A stretch of 64,000 nt of DNA from Eledone cirrhosa. Lineage: Eukaryota. The stretch spans positions 20,956,001 through 21,020,000 of the forward strand of contig OZ024766.1 in the NCBI GenBank assembly GCA_964016885.1, read 5' to 3'. Under the pieces are notes generated by a model. It had not been told where the DNA came from and did not search any database. It worked only from the letters and a program-made list of their open reading frames with translations. The position numbers and the translations under genes are program-made. Of this stretch, positions 37,401 to 50,108 are shown one piece after another (the first letter of the stretch is position 1; each line of letters starts with the position of its first letter).

Positions 37401-40143
37401 ATACCAGTGCAGTCTCCTCTCCTACACACTACATCTGATCCCTCTTATACCCAGGTCTTCCTCTACTGCAGCTTCCTTCCACTGGGAACTCCTGACACTT
37501 CTTCACCCAACAGTCACCATCCATACACACCACATGTCTATACCAGTGCAGTCTCCTCTTATACCCAGGTCTTCCTCTACTGCAGCTTCCTTCCACTGGG
37601 AACTCCTGACACTTCTTCACCCAACAGTCACCATCCATACACACCACATGTCTATACCAGTGCAGTCTCCTCTTATACCCAGGTCTTCCTCTACTGCAGC
37701 TTCCTTCCACTGGGAACTCCTGACACTTCTTCACCCAACAGTCACCATCCATACACACCACATGTCCATACCAGTGCAGTCTCCTCTCCTACACACTACA
37801 TCTGATCCCTCTTATACCCAGGTCTTCCTCTACTGCAGCTTCCTTCCACTGGGAACTCCTGACACTTCTTCACCCAACAACCACCATCCATACACACCAC
37901 ATGTCTATACCAGTGCAGTCTCCTCTCCTACACACTACATCTGATCCCTCTTATACCCAGGTCTTCCTCTACTGCAGCTTCCTTCCACTGGGAACTCCTG
38001 ACACTTCTTCACCCAACAGTCACCATCCATACACACCACATGTCTATACCAGTGCAGTCTCCTCTTATACCCAGGTCTTCCTCTACTGCAGCTTCCTTCC
38101 ACTGGGAACTCCTGACACTTCTTCACCCAACAGTCACCATCCATACACACCACATGTCTATACCAGCTCAGTCTTCTCTCCTACACACCACATCTGATTC
38201 CTCTTATACCCAGGTCTTCCTCTACTGCAGCTTCCTTCCACTGGGAACTCCTGACACTTCTTCACCCAACAATCACCATCCATACACACCACATGTCTAT
38301 ACCAGCTCAGTCTTCTCTCCTACACACCACATCTGATTCCTCTTATACCCAGGTCTTCCTCTACTGCAGCTTCCTTCCACAGGGAACTCCTGACACTTCT
38401 TCACCCAACAATCACCATCCATACACATCACATGTCTATATCAGTGCAGTCTCCTCTCCTACACACTACATCTGATTCTTCTTATACCCAGGTCTTCCTC
38501 TACTGCAGCTTCCTTCCACAGGGAACTCCTGACACTTCTTCACCCAACAATCACCATCCATACACACCACATGTCCATACCAGTGCAGTCTCCTCTCCTA
38601 CACACTACATCTGATCCCTCTTATACCCAGGTCTTCCTCTACTGCAGCTTCCTTCCACTGGGAACTCCTGACACTTCTTCACCCAACAATCACTATCCAT
38701 ACACACCACATGTCCATACCAGCTCAGTCTTCTCTCCTACACACTACATCTGATTCCTCTTATACCCAGGTCTTCCTCTACTGCAGCTTCCTTCCACTGG
38801 GAACTCCTGACACTTCTTCACCCAACAATCACTATCCATACACACCACATGTCCATACCAGCTCAGTCTTCTCTCCTACACACTACATCTGATTCCTCTT
38901 ATACCCAGGTCTTCCTCTACTGCAGCTTCCTTCCACTGGGAACTCCTGACACTTCTTCACCCAACAATCACTATCCATACACACCACATGTCCATACCAG
39001 CTCAGTCTTCTCTCCTACACACTACATCTGATTCCTCTTATACCCAGGTCTTCCTCTACTGCAGCTTCCTTCCACTGGGAACTCCTGACACTTCTTCACC
39101 CAACAATCACTATCCATACACACCACATGTCCATACCAGCTCAGTCTTCTCTCCTACACACTACATCTGATTCCTCTTATACCCAGGTCTTCCTCTACTG
39201 CAGCTTCCTTCCACTGGGAACTCCTGACACTTCTTCACCCAACAATCACCATCCATACACACCACATATCTATACCAGCTCAGTCTTCTCTCCTACACAC
39301 TACATCCTCTTATACCCAGGTCTTCCTCTACTGCAGCTTCCTTCCACTGGGAACTCCTGACACTTCTTCACCCAACAATCACTATCCATACACACCACAT
39401 GTCCATACCAGCTCAGTCTTCTCTCCTACACACTACATCTGATTCCTCTTATACCCAGGTCTTCCTCTACTGCAGCTTCCTTCCACTGGGAACTCCTGAC
39501 ACTTCTTCACCCAACAATCACTATCCATACACACCACATGTCCATACCAGCTCAGTCTTCTCTCCTACACACTACATCTGATTCCTCTTATACCCAGGTC
39601 TTCCTCTACTGCAGCTTCCTTCCACTGGGAACTCCTGACACTTCTTCACCCAACAATCACCATCCATACACACCACATATCTATACCAGCTCAGTCTTCT
39701 CTCCTACACACTACATCCTCTTATACCCAGGTCTTCCTCTACTGCAGCTTCCTTCCACTGGGAACTCCTGACACTTCTTCACCCAACAACCACCATCCAT
39801 ACACACCACATATCTATACCAGCTCAGTCTTCTCTCCTACACACTACATCTGATTCCTCTTATACCCAGGTCTTCCTCTACTGCAGCTTCCTTCCACAGG
39901 GAACTCCTGACACTTCTTCACCCAACAGTCACTATCCATACACACCACATGTCTATACCAGTGCAGTCTTCTCTTATACCCAGGTCTTCCTCTACTGCAG
40001 CTTCCTTCCACTGGGAACTCCTGACACTTCTTCACCCAACAGTCACCATCCATACACACCACATGTCTATACCAGTGCAGTCTCCTCTCCTACACACTAC
40101 ATCTGATTCCTCTTATACCCAAGTCTTCCTCTACTGCAGCTTC
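34500..40143 (-). repeat. 139/114-bp minisatellite (~41 units) made from an RTE ORF2 C-terminal segment
   Basis: The - strand unit translates RRLHWYRHVVCMDGDCWVKKCQEFPVEGSCSRGRP. An orphan partial unit lies at ~41044-41110. Confidence 0.92.
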
Positions 40144-40240
40144 TACAATATGTGTGTGTGTATTTAATCTTGTATGTGTGTGTATATATGTGTATATACA
40201 CAATTTCTAAAAACATAGATTTTTCATTCATCTAAATAAA

Positions 40241-41045
40241 GTGGTGGTGGTGGAGGTGGTGGTGGTGGTGGTGGTGGTGGTGGTGGTGGTGGTGGTGGTG
40301 GTGGTGGTGGTGTGGTGGTGGAGGTTGTGTGGTGGTGGTGTGGTGGTGGAGGTGGTGGTGGTGGTGGTGGAGGTGGTGGAGGTGGTAGTGGTGGTGGAGG
40401 TGGTGGTGGTGGTGGTGGTGGTGGAGGTGGTGGTGGTGGTGAAGATGGTGGTGGTAGTGGTGGTGGTGGTGGTGGAGGTGGTAGTGGTGGTGGAGGTGGT
40501 GGTGGTGGTGGTGAAGATGTTAGTGGTGGTGGTGGTGGAGGTGGAGGTGGTGGTGGTGAAGATGTTAGTGGTGGTGGTGGTGGAGGTGATGGTTGTGGTG
40601 GTGGTGGTGGTGGTGGCTGCTGTGATGATGATGATGATGGTGGTGGTTGTCGCCGTGGTGACGGAATTAACCTTAGTGTCTTCGAGTACACTGCAGCTGC
40701 GGCTCAGCCAATCAGCAGCTGCGGTTGCAACGCCCCCCCCCCCCCTTCCTCGCCATCATCATCATCACACACACACTCCCACCGCCACCACTATTGTTAC
40801 CATCAAACAAATCACCACCACCACCACCACCATCACCACCACCACTACACCACCACCACTACCACTTCAACCACCATCACCACCACCAACAACACCACCA
40901 CCACCAACAACACCACCACCACTACCCCCACCCCCACCACCACCATCACCACCACCACCAACAACAACACCACCACCACCACTACCAACACCCCCATCAC
41001 CACCACTGCCAACACCACCACCACCACCACTTCAACCATCACCAC
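40241..41045. repeat. (GGT)n and (ACC)n tracts flanking a ~100-bp unique island
   Basis: (GGT)n at 40241-40650 and (ACC)n at 40755-41045. The island contains CAGCTG-CCAAT-CAGCTG. Confidence 0.9.
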
Positions 41046-41124
41046 CACTACATCTGATTCCTCTTATACCCAGGTCTTCCTCTACTGCAGCTTCCTTCCA
41101 CTGGGAACTCTAATCTACAACAAC

Positions 41125-41760
41125 TAAGACTACATTATCTAATGTACAGTTCAGTAGTTAGTATTAGTGGCTATCAGACATAGTGTATCTAGGACTACAT
41201 TATCTAATGTACAGTACAGTAGTTAGTATTAGTGGCTATCAGACATAGTGTATCTAGGACTACATTATCTAATGTACAGTACAGTAGTTAGTATTAGTGG
41301 CTATCAGACATAGTGTATCTAGGACTACATTATCTAATGTACAGTACAGTAGTTAGTATTAGTGGCTATCAGACATAGTATATCTAGGACTACATTATCT
41401 AATGTACAGTACAGTAGTTAGTATTAGTGGCTATCAGACATAGTGTATCTAGGACTACATTATCTAATGTACAGTACAGTAGTTAGTATTAGTGGCTATC
41501 AGACATAGTGTATCTAGGACTACATTATCTAATGTACAGTACAGTAGTTAGTATTAGTGGCTATCAGACATAGTGTATCTAGGACTACATTATCTAATGT
41601 ACAGTACAGCAGTTAGTATTAGTGGCTATCAGACATAGTGTATCTAGGACTACATTATCTAATGTATAGTACAGTAGTTAGTATTAGTGGCTATCAGACA
41701 TAGTATATCTAGGACTACATTATCTAATGTACAGTACAGTAGTTAGTATTAGTGGCTATA
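41125..41760. repeat. 65-bp minisatellite (~10 copies)
   Basis: Unit ggactacattatctaatgtacagtacagtagttagtattagtggctatcagacatagtgtatcta. Confidence 0.95.
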
Positions 41761-42265
41761 GTTGATATTTAGCCCTAGGCCAGGCGTGATCCTGTAGACA
41801 TAGTATCAAATAGCTAACCTAGGATCACAATATGAAAGAGTCCCTATGCCAATAAGCTGTTGTTTGATTCTGACTTGGTTTAGTGCTTCTATTTCTAGCA
41901 GATTCACTGACCACCTACAGGCTTCATTGATTCAATTGCTTGGCGGATGTCATGGCAACGTGGTTGTTATGGTTACTGGTGGTTTATTTTGGTGACTGTT
42001 GTGGTGGTGGTAGTAGTAGCAGTAGTGGTAGTAGTATTAGTAGTAGTAGTAGTAGTAGCAGTGGTGGTAGTAGTATTAATAGTAGTAGTAGTAGTAGTAG
42101 CAGTGGCAGTGACAATATGACCAGACACAACCAATATTGCACATTATTGATGATAAAGCTATTGATAGAAAGGGGAGGGGGTGGTGGGTTTTTTACACTG
42201 ATTGATAAGAGATTGATTAGTATTGATTATACATCTCTCTATCTATCTATATCTATCTATCTATC

Positions 42266-42300
<35 letters not shown>

Positions 42301-42319
42301 TATATATATATTATATATA

Positions 42320-43350
42320 TCATCATCATCATCATCTTACGTCCCCCTTTCCCTGCTTGCAAGGGTGGGACGGGTCCTATTCAGCACACCATCTCTCCAC
42401 TTGTCACGGTCCTTCGTCATCTCCTCCGTGAGCTTCAGCAATCTGAGGTCTGTTCTCACCACCTCCGCCCATGTTTTTCGTGGTCTTCCTTCTACTGGGG
42501 TTTCTTGGCACTTCTTTACCCAGCGGTCGTCCTCCATGCACATCACATGTCCATACCATCTCAGTCTTCTGTCCCACACACCACAACTTATCCCTCTTAT
42601 ACAGTTTCTCTCTCAACTCATCACATGTCCATACCATCTCAGTCTTCTCTCCCACACACCACAACTTATCCCTCTTATACACAGTTTCTCTCTCAACACA
42701 TCACATGTCCATACCACCTCAGTCTTCTCTCCCACACACCACAACTTATCCCTCTCAGACACAGTTTCTCTCTCAACACATCACATGTCCATACCACCTC
42801 AGTCTTCTCTCCCACACCACAACTTATCCCTCTTATACCCAGTTTCTCTCTCAACACATCACATGTCCATACCACCTCAGTCTTCTCTCCCACACACTAC
42901 AACTTATCCCTCTTATACCCAGTTTCTCTCTCAACACATCACATGTCCATACCACCTCAGTCTTCTCTCCCACACACTACAACTTATCTCTCTTATACAC
43001 AGTTTCTCTCTCAACACATCACATGTCCATACCACCTCAGTCTTCTCCCCCACACCACAACTTATCCCTCTTATACCCAGTTTCTCTCTCAACACATCCA
43101 TGCTGGGTTGTTCACACACATTGACACTGCACATCCAACAGAGCATGCTTGCCTCATTTCTCTCCAGCCGTCGCATATCCTCTGCAGTTGCTGCCCATGT
43201 CTCACCACCATGCAGCATCGCACACCTCACACAGGCATCATATAACCGGCCTTTCGTACGCAGGGAGAAACCCTTCTTCGTCAACAGAAGAAGAAGCTCC
43301 CTAAACTTCTTTCAACCTGTCCTTATTCTAGATACTATGGCCTCTAATGT
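42320..43350 (-). mobile_element. RTE LINE 3' fragment with a ~80-bp x ~6 internal tandem and (GAT)n tail
   Basis: Encodes KGRLYDACVRCAMLHGGETW...RRLRWYGHVMCM...GRPRKTWAEVV...DRDKWR. Confidence 0.9.
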
Positions 43351-43363
43351 GTCCATATAATGT

Positions 43364-44012
43364 ATGCCCAGTTAACCTCAGTCTCCGCTGTGTCACTTTC
43401 GAGCTGACTTTTGGGAGGCTCCCGTACAGCTCTGAGTTCTTCATCCTCAGTGTATACTGATTAATGTTCAGAGCCATCCTCAGCTTTCTCGTGTAGCACC
43501 CGTCCACCATCTGAGTGAGTTTCTTGGCCAGTGTCCAAGTCTCAGACCCGTACAGCAGCACAGACTCCACTACAGAAGCTAAGAGGCGGATTTTCAGGTC
43601 TTTACGAAGGTCCGACTTCCTCACCGATCTCAAGCTGCTGTGGGAGCCCCTACAAGGACACACTGGAAGAGGGAGACTAAGGTTAGCTGGAAATGCTCAC
43701 CGACATCCAGAGTTGACACTGCACTCAGTGCTCCTGTGGGAGCCCCTACATGGACACACTGGAAGAGGGAGACTGAGGTTAGCTGGACATGCTCACCGAC
43801 ATCCAGAGTTGACACTGCACTCAGTGCTCCTGTGGGAGCCCCTACATGGACACACTGGAAGAGGGAGACCAAGGTTAACGTATGTTGATGCCCTAAGGAC
43901 AGACACTGGTCTGTTGGATACGCAGGACATGGCAGCGATAATGAGGGACAGAGACCGCTGGAGAGAACTCGTCCATGGATCTCGGGAATTTTACCCGCCC
44001 TAGATAGATAGA
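43364..44012 (+). mobile_element. Second RTE-like copy (same family as 25770-27540) with an inverted 5' segment
   Basis: The - strand of ~43636-43364 encodes KSDLRKDLKIRL...ESVLLYGSETW...RRLRLTGH. The + strand from ~43637 encodes LLWEP...[11 protein letters not shown]...YPP*, then (TAGA)n. Confidence 0.88.
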
Positions 44013-44040
44013 TATATATTTATATATATACACATGTGTG

Positions 44041-44073
<33 letters not shown>

Positions 44074-44216
44074 TTATATAAATATGTATATATGTATATA
44101 TATACATATGTTTATATTATTTTGTTGTTGTGCTCATAATTATTTTGGCATTGATATATATGTGTATATATATAAATATGTATATATGTATATATACATA
44201 TATACACACACATATA

Positions 44217-44272
<56 letters not shown>

Positions 44273-44310
44273 TATGTGTGTGTATATACATATATATATA
44301 TATATATATA

Positions 44311-44804
44311 TGAATATAGACATAGAATATTCGAAAATATTCTGTATGTTTATAATAAACATTTTGAAGACCTAATCGCTATAGAATAGAATACGTCACG
44401 TATTACAATTAGATTCTCGATAAAAGCAAGGGAAGTAATCTACGCGTTTCATTCTTGTTAGAAATCTTCAGGACTACATATCCAGTGCTTTTATCGAGAA
44501 TGACACAGCTAGAGACTTATAGAATACTTAGCTGTGTACAGGAACTGGTTTGAAAGAGCGGTTGCCGGTCCGGCAGAAATTAGAAATTGGAATAAATGCT
44601 CTGAAATAGCATTGTAATACGTGACGTATTCTATTCTATAGCGATTAGGTCTTCAAAATGTTTATTATAAACATACAGAATATTTTCGAATATTCTGTGT
44701 CTATATTCACATATATATCGCTATTTCAGAGCATTTATTCCAATTTCTAATTTCTGCCGGACCGGCAACCGCTCTTTCAAACCAGTTCCTGTACACAGCT
44801 AAGT
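44311..44804. repeat. Interleaved inverted repeats A-C-C'-B-A'-B'
   Basis: A 44311-44409 pairs with A' 44611-44709 (1 mismatch). B 44526-44610 pairs with B' 44720-44804 (perfect). C 44413-44428 pairs with C' 44486-44501. Confidence 0.93.
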
Positions 44805-44882
44805 GTGTATATATATATACACACATGTGTATATATATATACATACATATATATATATATATATCTATACATGTATATATAT

Positions 44883-44923
<41 letters not shown>

Positions 44924-45086
44924 TATATATATATACATGTATATATATATATATATACACACACACATATATATATATATACTCTCATATATATATATAC
45001 ATGTATATATATATATATATACATACACACACTTATACATGTATTAATGCTGCTGTCGTTGTTGTTGTTGTTTCAGTTTGGTAACC

Positions 45087-46662
45087 ATGGTGAACTGTCT
45101 TTTGCTCCTCCTGCTCTCCGCCGCCCTCTGCGGCCCCTGGCCCCACGCGGCTGGCACCCCAGGTGCAGGCGACCCCACTGACATGCCTCACCCCTTCGGC
45201 ACACTCGACAACCCTCCTCGCATTAGCGACCCCTTAAGAACACAGGCACCCTTAGAAACTCCTAACCCCTCTGGCACAGCTGACCCCCATCCTGGCATTA
45301 GCGACCCCTTAAGAACACAGGCACCCTTAGAAACTCCTAACCCCTCTGGCACAGCTGACCCCCATCCTGGCATTAGTGACCCCTTAAGAACACAAGAACT
45401 CTCTGTAGCGTGCGAGCCCTCTGACTCAGGCGACTCCCGTCGCATCGGTGACCCTTTAAGAACACATAAACCCTTAGAAACTGCTGACCCCTCTGACACA
45501 GGCGACTCCCGTCGCATCGGTGACCCTTTAAGAACACATAAACCCTTAGAAACTGCTGACCCCTCTGACTCAGGCGACACCCGTCGCATCGGTGACCCTT
45601 TAAGAACACATAAACCCTTAGAAACTGCTGACCCCTCTGACACAGGCGACACCCGTCGCATCGGTGACCCTTTAAGAACACATAAACCCTTAGAAACTGC
45701 TGACCCCTCTGGCAGACGTAACACCCCTCGCATTGGTGACCCTTTAAGAACACATAAACCCTTAGAAACTGCTGACCCCTCTGGCAGACGTAACACCCCT
45801 GGCATTGGTGACCCTTTAAGTACACACAATTCTTTAGTAACGCCTCACCCCACTGGCACAGGTGACACCTCAAAAACGCACAAGCCCTCAGTAAATCCTC
45901 ACGTTCGGGACCCACCCGGGGACGGTTCTGGTATACACAGGAAGCCGGTGTTTTCCACGAAAACCGCCTACAACTGGCTGAAACCGGACGCCTCGCAGTA
46001 CTTTGGTACGGAACCCGGCTGGCAGAGCGTCGTAAAGCACAAAGGACGCACCTGCAGGGCCATTTACGTCAACGCCGTCCTCCGGCACGGCTCCAGGTAC
46101 CCCGGGGACGGTGACATCGCGACCCTATTCAACATCGAACACCTCCTCAAAACCCTCAACCACACCGAGGGCCTCAACGATTCCCTTTTACAAACCCTCC
46201 ACCAATGGAAAACCCCTTTTACCGAGCAGGACGCTGGTTTGCTGTTGGGTCTCGGCGCGCACGAGCATTTTGAGATGGGGTTTGACTTTGCGCGGGTCTT
46301 TGAAGAGACCTTATTACAAAACGGGGACCACATGCCGATAAATTTTATCAGTTCTTCAAAGCAGCGTTGTCGAGACAGCTTAAGCTCCTTCAAGGACGGC
46401 ATGAAAGGTTACCTCAAGGGCCACCGCGCCACCGCGAAGGGCAGCAGGTTCGGCTACGACGAGCCGGAGTTTGATAAGGCCGCTCAGCAGAGCATCGACG
46501 ATTTCCTATTGCGCTTCTTCGACGAGTGCCCCAAATACCAGAAGATGGTGAGGAACAAGCCAGCGTTTGAGTACCAGCAGTTTTTCAAGGGTGCCCACAT
46601 GAGCAGGGTTGTCAGCAGGGTGCACCGCAGGTTTGGCCTTAACGCCAGTTTTTTCCGGACAG
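45087..46662 (+). CDS. MINPP1: MINPP1-like multiple inositol polyphosphate phosphatase (histidine acid phosphatase), coding exon 1
   Basis: Acceptor tttcag ends at 45076 and the ATG is in accATGg context. Encodes a hydrophobic signal peptide (MVNCLLLLLLSAALCG), the catalytic RHGSRYP motif (RHGxRxP) and MINPP-like LLRFFDEC. Donor AG|GTACGT at 46662/3, phase 1. Confidence 0.92.
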
Positions 46663-46666
46663 GTAC

Positions 46667-46667
46667 G

Positions 46668-46706
<39 letters not shown>

Positions 46707-46983
46707 GTGGTTGTTGTGGTGGTGTTGTGGTTGTTGTTGGTGGTGGTGGTGTGGTTGTTGTGGTTGTTGGTGGTGGTGGTGTGGTTGTTGTGGTTGTTGG
46801 TGGTGGTGGTGGTGTTGTTGTGGTTGCTGTTGTTGGTGGTGGTGGTGGTGGTGGTGTTGTTGTGGTTGCTGTTGTTGGTGGTGGTGGTGGTGGTGGTGGT
46901 GTTGTGGTTGTTGTTGGTGTGGTTGTTGTTGTTGTTGGTGGTGGTGGTGTGGTTGTTGTGGTTGTTGTTGGTGGTGGTGGTGG

Positions 46984-47014
<31 letters not shown>

Positions 47015-47613
47015 GGTGGTGTTGTTGTGGTTGTTGTTGGTGGTGGTGTTGTGGTTGTTGTTGTTGTTGTTGGTGGTGGTGTTGTGGTTGTTGTTGTTGT
47101 TGTTGGTGGTGGTGTTGTTGTGGTTGTTGTTGGTGGTGTTGTGGTTGTTGGTGTTGGTGGTGGTGGTGGTGTTGTGGTTGTTGTTGGTGGTGGTGGTGTT
47201 GTTGTGGTTGTTGTTGGTGGTGTTGTGGTTGTTGGTGTTGGTGGTGGTGGTGGTGTTGTGGTTGTTGTTGGTGGTGGTGGTGTTGTTGTTGTTGTTGTTG
47301 TTGTTACTGTTGTTGTTGTTGGTGGTGGTGGTGTTGTTGTGGTTGTTGTTGGTGGTGGTGGTGTTGTTGTGGTTGTTGTTGGTGGTGGTGGTGTTGTTGT
47401 GGTTGTTGTTGGTGGTGGTGGTGTTGTTGTTGTGGTTGTTGTTGTTGTTGGTGGTGTTGGTGGTGGTGTTGTTGTGGTTGGTGGTGGTGGTGTTGTTGTG
47501 GTTGTTGGTGGTGGTGGTGGTGGTGGTGGTGGTGGTGTTGTTGGTGGTGTTGTGGTTGTTGTTGTTGGTGTTGTGGTTGTTGGTGGTGGTGTTGTGGTTG
47601 TTGTGGTTGGTGG

Positions 47614-47644
<31 letters not shown>

Positions 47645-47851
47645 GTTGTTGTGGTGGTGGTGGTGTTGTTGTTGTTGTGGTTGGTGGTGGTGTTGTTGTT
47701 GTTGTTGGTGGTGTTGTGGTTGTTGTTGTTGGTGGTGTTGTGGTTGTTGTTGTTGGTGTTGTTGGTGGTGTTGGTGGTGGTGGTGTTGTTGGTGTTGTTG
47801 GTGTTGGTGTTACTGTTGTTGTGGTTGTGGTTGTGGTGGTGGTGGTGGTGT
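46667..47851. repeat. (GTT/GTG)n repeat starting within a few bases of the intron-1 donor
   Basis: Direct inspection. Confidence 0.95.
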
Positions 47852-47884
47852 TTTTAGCATCTAAAAAAACCTTCCATCATAATT

Positions 47885-48420
47885 TTATATAATAGTGTGT
47901 ATATAATAGTGTGTATATAATTGTGTATATATCATTGTGTATATAATAGTGTGTATATAATGGTGTGTATATAATAGTGTGTATATAATGGTGTGTATAT
48001 AATGGTGTATATATAATTGTGTGTATATCATTGTGTATATAATAGTGTGTATATATCTGTGTATATAATGGTGTATATAATAGTGTGTATATAATGGTGT
48101 GTATATAATAGTATGTATATAATGGTGTATATATCTGTGTGTATATAATAGTGTGTATATAATGGTGTGTATATAATTGTGTGTATATCATTGTGTATAT
48201 AATAGTGTGTATATAATAGTGTATATATCTGTGTGTATATAATAGTGTGTATATAATGGTGTATATAATGGTGTATATATGTGTGTATATAATAGTGTGT
48301 ATATAATGGTGTATATAATGGTGTATATAATAGTGTGTGTATAATAGTGTGTATATAATGGTGTATATATCTGTGTGTATATAATAGTGTGTATATAATG
48401 GTGTATATAATGGTGTATAT
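47885..48420. repeat. ~12-14-bp AT-rich tandem repeat (gtgtatataatagt)
   Basis: Direct inspection. Confidence 0.9.
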
Positions 48421-48421
48421 A

Positions 48422-48552
48422 TGACTCATACCCTGGTCACTCCCCTGACATTTCTACATTACTCTATCTACTATACATGCGACTTTGATGAGTTGTAGTG
48501 CACCTGAGCACTGTACAAAATCATTTTCATTATTATTATTACTATTATTATT
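48422..48552 (+). mobile_element. CR1/jockey-group LINE 3' UTR remnant with (ATT)n tail
   Basis: Homologous to 7410-7545 (gtgcacctgagcactgtaca...ttttcattatt). Confidence 0.75.
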
Positions 48553-48577
48553 AACATGGATGCTTAATTAATTGCAG

Positions 48578-48699
48578 AAGATGTCCGTGTGATGTATGTC
48601 GGCTGTGCAGTAGAGCAATGCCTCGCTAACATCTCTCATCTCTGTCAGTTGTTTGACGATAGTGACTTCGAAGTTCTGGAGTTTCTTGGAGATTTAAAG
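48578..48699 (+). CDS. MINPP1: MINPP1-like coding exon 2
   Basis: ttgcag| acceptor and AAG|GTAACC donor. The phase 1 join gives EDVRVMYVGCAVEQCLANISHLCQLFDDSDFEVLEFLGDLK, resembling vertebrate MINPP1 [20 protein letters not shown] (recalled, not aligned). Confidence 0.9.
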
Positions 48700-48789
48700 G
48701 TAACCCTATCTGTCTATCCATCTGTCTGTCTCTCTGTCTATCTGTCTGTCTGTCTGTCTCTGTCCCTATTGAGGACTGAGGACAGATGC

Positions 48790-49815
48790 CCTTCTCTCCG
48801 GACAACAACTCATTCCCTTCTTTAGGTACCACTTTAGAAGGAGAATCAGAGTGGAGAGAGAGAGAGGCACTGCACCCCAGTAAATTGACTGAAAGGTGGG
48901 TGAATGTGCCAACAATGGCCCGAGTGATTGGGCCTTCTCTGTATATAAACCTGTAGGTTGAAGAAGAGAGCAAAAGGAAGAAAGGGGCACTTGCACAACT
49001 CTCTATTCGTCTATCTATCTATCTGTCTTTCTCTCCGGACAACAACCCATTCCCTTCTTTAGGTACCACTTTAGAAGGAGAATCAGAGACACTGCACCCC
49101 AGTAAATTTACTGAAAGGTGGGTGAATGTGGCAAACATGGCCCGAGTGATTGGGCCTTCTCTGTATATAAACCTGTAGGTTGAAGAAGAGAGCAAAAGGA
49201 AGAAAGGAGCACTTGCACAACTCTCTATTCGTCTATCTATCTATCTGTCTTTCTCTCCGGACAACAACCCATTCCCTTCTTTAGGTACCACTTTAGAAGG
49301 AGAATCAGAGACACTGCACCCCAGTAAATTTACTGAAAGGTGGGTGAATGTGGCAAACATGGCCCGAGTGATTAGGCCTTCTCTGTATATAAACCTGTAG
49401 GTTGAAGAAGAGAGCAAAAGGAAGAAAGGAGCACTTGCACAACTCTCTATTCGTCTATCTATCTATTTATCTATCTATCTGTCTTTCTCTCCGGACAACA
49501 ACCCATTCCCTTCTTTAGGTACCACTTTAGAAGGAGAATCAGGGTGGAGAGAGAGGCACTGCACCCCAGTAAATTTACTGAAAGGTGGGTGAATGTGGCA
49601 AACATGGCCCGAGTGATTGGGCCTTCTCTGTATATAAACCTGTAGGTTGAAGAAGAGGGCAAAAGGAAGAAAGGGGCACTTGCACAACATGCTCCTGAAG
49701 TTGAGGGTTGTTCTATCTACGGGGTATTTACACGACTGTATGTAAAATCCCCGGCATGTGTCTTTGTTTTGTCCCCTTTTCTTGTGCGCCCTTGTGGCTA
49801 ATAAAGAAATATATC
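48790..49815 (+). repeat. ~220-240-bp tandem x4, ending in a LINE-like 3' end (ctaataaagaaata)
   Basis: ctctccggacaacaac recurs at ~48793, 49031, 49253 and 49487. Confidence 0.8.
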
Positions 49816-50108
49816 TGTCTGTCTTCTCATTACTGAATGCAGCAACTGTTACATACTGCACCAACTTTTGCACTTCTTACACTTAATTCAGCCGTCTGTC
49901 TTCTTCCATCACTCGTGAACAGAGCTTACAATCTCTGGGGAAACAAGCCCTACCCCAAAGCCCTAAAGGAAATATCAGGGGCAGTGGTAAGGAGTTCTGG
50001 TCGAGCAGGAAGGAAAAGCATCTCTATAATCGTTTGAGAGGACATTTTGTATTTTAACACGGGCTAAGGGAAGTAACTCTGTGTCAGTCGTGCTTGCTAA
50101 GTTTACTT

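Noticed and set aside
46663-47864. Hydrophobic Leu/Val/Trp tail of the 928-aa ORF as a transmembrane region
   Set aside because: It is read-through past the splice donor into an intronic GT repeat. Homology continues in exon 2.
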